The notes under the pieces are model-generated. The model had not been told where the DNA came from. It made no database searches and saw only the letters and a program-made list of their open reading frames with translations. 20,975 nt of DNA. Source: Fibrobacterota bacterium (GTDB lineage: Bacteria > Fibrobacterota > Fibrobacteria > UBA11236). Location of the stretch: positions 1 through 20,975 of the forward strand of contig JAYUVP010000032.1 of assembly GCA_043753995.1 (NCBI GenBank), read 5' to 3'. The position numbers and the translations under genes were made by a program. Of the stretch, positions 16,068-20,975 are shown one piece after another. How positions within the stretch are numbered: position 1 is the first letter of the stretch; every line of letters starts with the position of its first letter.

Positions 16068-18291
16068 ATCCCGGGAAAAAGCGAGCTTCACCGTCGAGGG
16101 CATGACCTGCGCCAATTGTGTGGTGCGTGTCGAAAAGGCTTTGCGCCGCCAAGGCGGCGTGAGCGAAGCTTCGGTGAATTTGGCGACATCGCGTGCCGAT
16201 GTGATTTTTGACGCGACTCGCCTTCGTACCGAAGACATTTTCGCCACCGTGCGCAAAGCGGGTTATACGCCGGTGGCCTTGCGCGAGACGGGGGACGATT
16301 CCGAAGTCCAGGAATTACGGCAAGCCACGATTCTGGCCTGCCTATTCGGGCTGCCATTATTGCTTTTGGCTATGGGGCCTATGCTTTTCCCTGGGGGTAT
16401 GGGCTTGGTCATGGGCGTTTTCGGCACCATGGACAATTATCACCTAGTGCAATTGCTTCTGGCGACTCCCGTGGTTTTTGGTCCAGGCCGGCGTTTCCTG
16501 ATACACGGCTTCAAGGCTTATCGTGCCATGAGTCCCGACATGAATAGTCTTGTGATGTCGGGAACTCTGGCTGCCTATGGTTATAGCGCGGCGGTAACGC
16601 TGGTTCCCGGCGCCTTTCCCGCGGATTTGCGCTCGGTCTATTTCGAATCCGCAGCCGTCGTGATCACTCTGGTGCTGCTGGGCAAGTATTTGGAGCAGCG
16701 CGGCAAGGGCCGCAGCGGGGAGGCCATACGCAAACTTCTCGCCCTCGCGCCTCCTCGCGCCCATGTGATGCGAGATGGCCGGGAAATGGATATCGAGGCC
16801 TCCAGCATTTTGATCGGTGACCTAGTGGATGTGAGGCCGGGGGAGCGCTTGCCGGTAGATGGTGAAATCCTGTCCGGAGAAAGCTGGGTCGACGAGAGCA
16901 TGCTCACGGGCGAGCCGCATCCAGTGCATAAAGGCACGGGAAATCAAGCCACGGGCGGAACGCTCAATGGAGAAGGTTATTTGACCTTGCGCGCCAATCG
17001 TGTCGGATCTGACACTGTGCTGGCTCGCATTGTGCGATTGGTGCAAGAAGCCCAAGCCTCTCGCCCGCCGATACAGGACTTGGCCGATCGCGTGGTGGCT
17101 TGGTTTACTCCGGTAGTGTTGGGCTTGGCCTTGATCAGCTTCGCGATATGGCTATGGCTGGGACCGAATTTCCCCACGGCATTAATCCACGCGGTTTCTG
17201 TTCTGGTCATTGCCTGTCCCTGTGCCATGGGATTGGCCACGCCCACGGCCGTTCTGGTGGCGACGGGCCGAGCTGCTGAACTAGGTGTTCTCTTTCGCAA
17301 AGGCGCCGCCTTGCAGGCCCTGGCCCAAGTGCAGCGCGCCGCTTTCGACAAAACGGGTACCCTCACCCAGGGTCACCCGCGCGTGACGTCCTTTTCCGTG
17401 GCATCGGGCGAATCCGTCAAGGAAATCCTGGCCTTGGCCGCCGCCGTCGAAGGCCGAAGCGCCCATCCCTTGGCCCGGGCCTTGGCCGAGCATGCCCGCA
17501 GCGAAGGGGTGAGCATTCCCAAGGTCGAAGCCTTTCAGTCCCATAGCGGTTACGGTGTGGAAGGGCAGGTGAAAGGCCGCCAAGTCTGGGTTGGTTCGCC
17601 GCGGTTTTTAGCGGAGCGCGGCATTGATGTTTCGCGCATGGCGTCGGAGATAAACAAGGCCAATGACGAAGGAGCGGCCATTGCCTTGGTCGTAGTAGAG
17701 GGTGCCTTGGTCGCCGTGGCTTCCATCACCGATGCTTTGAAACCGCATGCCGCCGAAATCATTGCGGCCCTGAAGGTCTTGGGTATTGAATCCTTACTGG
17801 TGACGGGAGATCGAGAAAATGCCGCGCTCACCGTGGCCAAGGCCGTTGGCATTCACCAAGTGCGTGCCGAGGTTTTGCCAGAAGAAAAAGCAAAAGTGGT
17901 GGCCGAAGAGCAGGCCCAAGGGCGAGGCTTGCTTTTCGTGGGCGACGGAGTCAATGATGCGCCCGCCTTGGCCGCCGCCGATATCGGCTTGGCCGTAGGT
18001 GGAGGCACGGAAATCGCCATTGAGGCGGGAGATTGTGTTTTGCTTTCCGGGGATTTGCGCGGCGTGGTGCGCGCCGTCGAACTTTCGCGGGCGGCCATGC
18101 AAACCATACGGCGTAATTTGTTCTGGGCTTTTTTCTACAACGCTTTGCTGATTCCCGTGGCCGCCGGCCTATTGGAACCTTTTGGCGGGCCTGGCTTGCA
18201 TCCCGTCTTTGCCGCCGGAGCCATGGGTTTATCCAGCCTCTTGGTCGTGCAGGGGAGTTTGCGACTGAAGCGATTCAAGCCTTCGATTTAG
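16048..18291 (+). CDS. copA: Cu(I)-translocating P1B-type ATPase
   Basis: One metal-binding domain (GMTCANC), then [34 protein letters not shown] and MGLSS. Confidence 0.97.
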   Translation: MPSATVESREKASFTVEGMTCANCVVRVEKALRRQGGVSEASVNLATSRADVIFDATRLRTEDIFATVRKAGYTPVALRETGDDSEVQELRQATILACLFGLPLLLLAMGPMLFPGGMGLVMGVFGTMDNYHLVQLLLATPVVFGPGRRFLIHGFKAYRAMSPDMNSLVMSGTLAAYGYSAAVTLVPGAFPADLRSVYFESAAVVITLVLLGKYLEQRGKGRSGEAIRKLLALAPPRAHVMRDGREMDIEASSILIGDLVDVRPGERLPVDGEILSGESWVDESMLTGEPHPVHKGTGNQATGGTLNGEGYLTLRANRVGSDTVLARIVRLVQEAQASRPPIQDLADRVVAWFTPVVLGLALISFAIWLWLGPNFPTALIHAVSVLVIACPCAMGLATPTAVLVATGRAAELGVLFRKGAALQALAQVQRAAFDKTGTLTQGHPRVTSFSVASGESVKEILALAAAVEGRSAHPLARALAEHARSEGVSIPKVEAFQSHSGYGVEGQVKGRQVWVGSPRFLAERGIDVSRMASEINKANDEGAAIALVVVEGALVAVASITDALKPHAAEIIAALKVLGIESLLVTGDRENAALTVAKAVGIHQVRAEVLPEEKAKVVAEEQAQGRGLLFVGDGVNDAPALAAADIGLAVGGGTEIAIEAGDCVLLSGDLRGVVRAVELSRAAMQTIRRNLFWAFFYNALLIPVAAGLLEPFGGPGLHPVFAAGAMGLSSLLVVQGSLRLKRFKPSI

Positions 18292-18298
18292 CAAGAGT

Positions 18299-20974
18299 TT
18301 ATTCTCGCAGGGGCAAGGTTTGTATCAGGCTGTCGAGTCGACGGGAAAGTTTATTGGCGCCTGTGGTCGAAAGGTGACCAAAATCAAAAGCGTCATTATC
18401 TCCGTAGTCGTGCAAGCCATCGAGATGGGCATCGTAGAAATGACAATTCCCGAATTCTTGGCAAAGATCTTTGACTTGGGAAACGACCTGAATTCCAATC
18501 GGCCGATCCGGGCCATAGGAAGAGAACCAAGGGGTATTGCGATAATGTGGCGACACCGGATAGTGAACCAAAACCAATTGGACTTTCAGTCGCTTACAGG
18601 TGGCGGCCAAGTTTCGAATACGATCCATATTGGCAAGGTATTCCCTATCCTGGGTATTCCAACCCTCATAGCCATTGAATTCAGTGGGCGGATTAGGTCC
18701 CCAATTTCCGGCTGGATATAGCGTAGCGCCTAGTGAATCAAAGTTTTCACCATTGACCAGAGATACCGTTTTCTGCCTTTCGATAACCAGGGAGGGAATG
18801 CCAGTACTCCAGAAACCATGGCTGGAATCATATTGGAATCCCTTATTGGGTGAAATTCCCGCGTCCCATGTCACGTCGCCGCCGGGCTGGCTGAGCGTCC
18901 CGGGAAAGGCCTCCGCCACTAGGACTTTGAGGCGTGGTGCTGAGGGCAATAAATACTTGTGAGCGAGTTCAAGACTTCCTTTCAGTCCGCCTCCGGCCCA
19001 ACCCAGATTAACCGTGAATAGTTTAAACCTATCTGGACGTATGCCGCATTGCGCATGAGAGCTGCCAATACAGGCAACTTCGATACGCTCGCGATTCAAC
19101 CAAAACACTCGCATCTTCAAGGCATAGTTGAGTTGGGGATAACCTTGAACCGGATCATTGTAATGACCCAAGCTGTCTAGATCGTATTCTGTTTTCGGTG
19201 GGGGGCAAGTATTCACCCACAGGCCTGGATCGGCAAAATAGGTCCCAGTAGCCAAGGTTTGAGTTCGGCCGCTTTTTAAATCCACCCAGGCAATGGCATC
19301 GCGATCGCCCGAGACATTCTCAAGCGCGGCGACGGCGATATCGGGATGATTGCTCCATTCGGCATCGGCCCAAGCGACATGGGATTTCGGTACGGCCCAG
19401 TGAGAAATCACCTTGCCTCCGGCATCGGCACGAAAGAGGATTTCGTGTAGGCCATAGGGCCCGCCGACCACGGTGCTTTTCCCCGAATATCCGAAATCGA
19501 GGAAGAGGGTTTGTCCCGAGGTGGACAAGGTTGGGCCCATAGAGACATTGCAAACCTGGGAGGTGTCGCCCGCTGACTTGCCATTGCTTGGCGCGGTGAA
19601 AAGCGTTCGGGTGAAACCCAGGCTACGATCAAAAAGTTTCAACCGTTGAAAGCCCGTGGCCAGAAATTTTCCGTCGCTGGAAAGACCGTCATGAAAACTG
19701 CCGTCGGCTATCCTTTCGGGTTGGCCCACCGGTAATGCACCTTTCATGCGCAGGCGATACGTTTTTCCTTGTGGCCATCCCGGTTCGGTATTATTCATGG
19801 AAGACGTGGCAAAAATCAAAAAAGTATCCTGAGTGGCGGCATCCACTTGCCAACGGGGCATATAGATGCTGGGAAAAGGCAATTTCGACGGAGTTTGCGG
19901 CGGCCATGCCAGCGATCGAATATAGGCAGAAGCGGGTCTATCCATGCCCTCGACGGCATCGCACCAAGTCACCCATTGACCATCCGGCGATATAGTGGGG
20001 TAATGCACCTGGGTTTGGTCGCCGAATTCATTCACTCGAAGAGGGGAGAGGGTAAAGTCAATCAAGTTCAATACGCGTCTTTCACCGCTGACATTGACGA
20101 AAACCAATTTGCCGGCTCGCAGGGACAGAGTGGTGTCACTCGAAGAAAGGCTGAGCTTATCCAAAGGCCAGGATGCCGTGGTCAGAGAGACCTCAGGCAT
20201 TTCCAAGGCCATGCCGCGGGGCAAGGTGAAGACCGCCTTGGGTATGGCGCCAAATACGCAACGGAATCCAACATCACGGCTGGTCGATGTCGCTAGAGTG
20301 CTATAGCTCGCCGCGCGATTGGAAATGCGCATGGACTCAAGGCCATAGCTGAAGGCCCCGCCTTTGACCACGCGCTCCTCCAAAGCATTGCCCTGCTTGG
20401 GTCCGGCATAGTCGGAAAGCAAGGTGTCGAGAAACCGGCCTTTCCAGTCATTGACCCATTCCATCACATTACCCGCCATATCATAGAGACCGAAGCCGTT
20501 GGGGGCTAGGCTGGCGACCGCATGGACCGTATCGTGTGAGTTACTGCTATACCAGGCGTGTAGGGACGCTGTGGCGGCGTTTTTCGAATGTCCCCAGAGA
20601 AATAATTCCTGGCTACCTCCGCGCGCCGCGAATTCCCATTCGGCTTCAGTAGGCAGACGATAGCCCCGTTTGTCCAAACGCTGTCCGAGACCCGTCAAAC
20701 CGAAAGTGCGGCCCTGGGCATCGGTATTGCGGCCGACATAGGTGTAGATGGTATCCAAATTTTCGGCTCTACTGCGGGCATTGCAATAAAGCAGGGCGTC
20801 ATAAAAGGTCACTTGCGCCACCGGGCAAGTATTGCAACCACCGCCTTTGGAAGGGGCCGTCGGGACCTTTCCCATGAGCTTGGCATAATGGCCGCGAGTG
20901 ACTTCGACCGTGTCGATGGCGAAGTCATAGGCGAAACTTACCCGCATCAAGGGCCGTTCTAAATCCCTGGAGGC
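18299..20974 (-). CDS. TIGR02171-type Fibrobacter paralogous protein: FGE-sulfatase/SUMF1 domain, beta-propeller-like region and SGNH-like C-terminus; 5' end lies outside the window
   Basis: GYRLPTEAEWEFAARGG, PNGFGLYDMAGNVMEWVND and VGFRC; YPTISPDGQWV and GDTSQVCNVS. The frame stays open upstream of 20950 (ASRDLERPLM). Confidence 0.88.
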   Translation of the reverse strand, partial: ASRDLERPLMRVSFAYDFAIDTVEVTRGHYAKLMGKVPTAPSKGGGCNTCPVAQVTFYDALLYCNARSRAENLDTIYTYVGRNTDAQGRTFGLTGLGQRLDKRGYRLPTEAEWEFAARGGSQELFLWGHSKNAATASLHAWYSSNSHDTVHAVASLAPNGFGLYDMAGNVMEWVNDWKGRFLDTLLSDYAGPKQGNALEERVVKGGAFSYGLESMRISNRAASYSTLATSTSRDVGFRCVFGAIPKAVFTLPRGMALEMPEVSLTTASWPLDKLSLSSSDTTLSLRAGKLVFVNVSGERRVLNLIDFTLSPLRVNEFGDQTQVHYPTISPDGQWVTWCDAVEGMDRPASAYIRSLAWPPQTPSKLPFPSIYMPRWQVDAATQDTFLIFATSSMNNTEPGWPQGKTYRLRMKGALPVGQPERIADGSFHDGLSSDGKFLATGFQRLKLFDRSLGFTRTLFTAPSNGKSAGDTSQVCNVSMGPTLSTSGQTLFLDFGYSGKSTVVGGPYGLHEILFRADAGGKVISHWAVPKSHVAWADAEWSNHPDIAVAALENVSGDRDAIAWVDLKSGRTQTLATGTYFADPGLWVNTCPPPKTEYDLDSLGHYNDPVQGYPQLNYALKMRVFWLNRERIEVACIGSSHAQCGIRPDRFKLFTVNLGWAGGGLKGSLELAHKYLLPSAPRLKVLVAEAFPGTLSQPGGDVTWDAGISPNKGFQYDSSHGFWSTGIPSLVIERQKTVSLVNGENFDSLGATLYPAGNWGPNPPTEFNGYEGWNTQDREYLANMDRIRNLAATCKRLKVQLVLVHYPVSPHYRNTPWFSSYGPDRPIGIQVVSQVKDLCQEFGNCHFYDAHLDGLHDYGDNDAFDFGHLSTTGANKLSRRLDSLIQTLPLRE

Positions 20975-20975
20975 C

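Overview
This looks like chromosomal DNA from a Fibrobacterota-like bacterium, inferred from a FISUMP/TIGR02145 lipoprotein, a TIGR02171-type protein and a GH9 cellulase. From left to right it contains: a GH9 gene running off the left edge (absent from the ORF track); a conserved hypothetical gene; a small HTH gene; and an AT-richer ~4.8 kb segment. That segment carries a FISUMP lipoprotein and a ~1300-aa secreted modular protein with two tandem Trp-rich domains, a ZU5-like region and a heparinase II/III-like domain. It is bordered on the right by a decayed IS91/ISCR-family transposase fragment and a GC-rich hairpin cluster. Next come lepA, an exported cyclophilin, a Lys/Ala/Pro-rich protein with a DksA/TraR-spaced C4 zinc finger, an MltD-like lytic transglycosylase and a DUF1624-type membrane acyltransferase. 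A Thermus-like copZ-csoR-copA operon follows, with promoter and operator, and a TIGR02171/FGE-domain gene runs off the right edge. The best leads are the possible ISCR-captured cargo with its unusual secreted protein, the DksA-like finger protein, and the Thermus-type copper operon. All family calls come from motif recognition by eye, not database searches.
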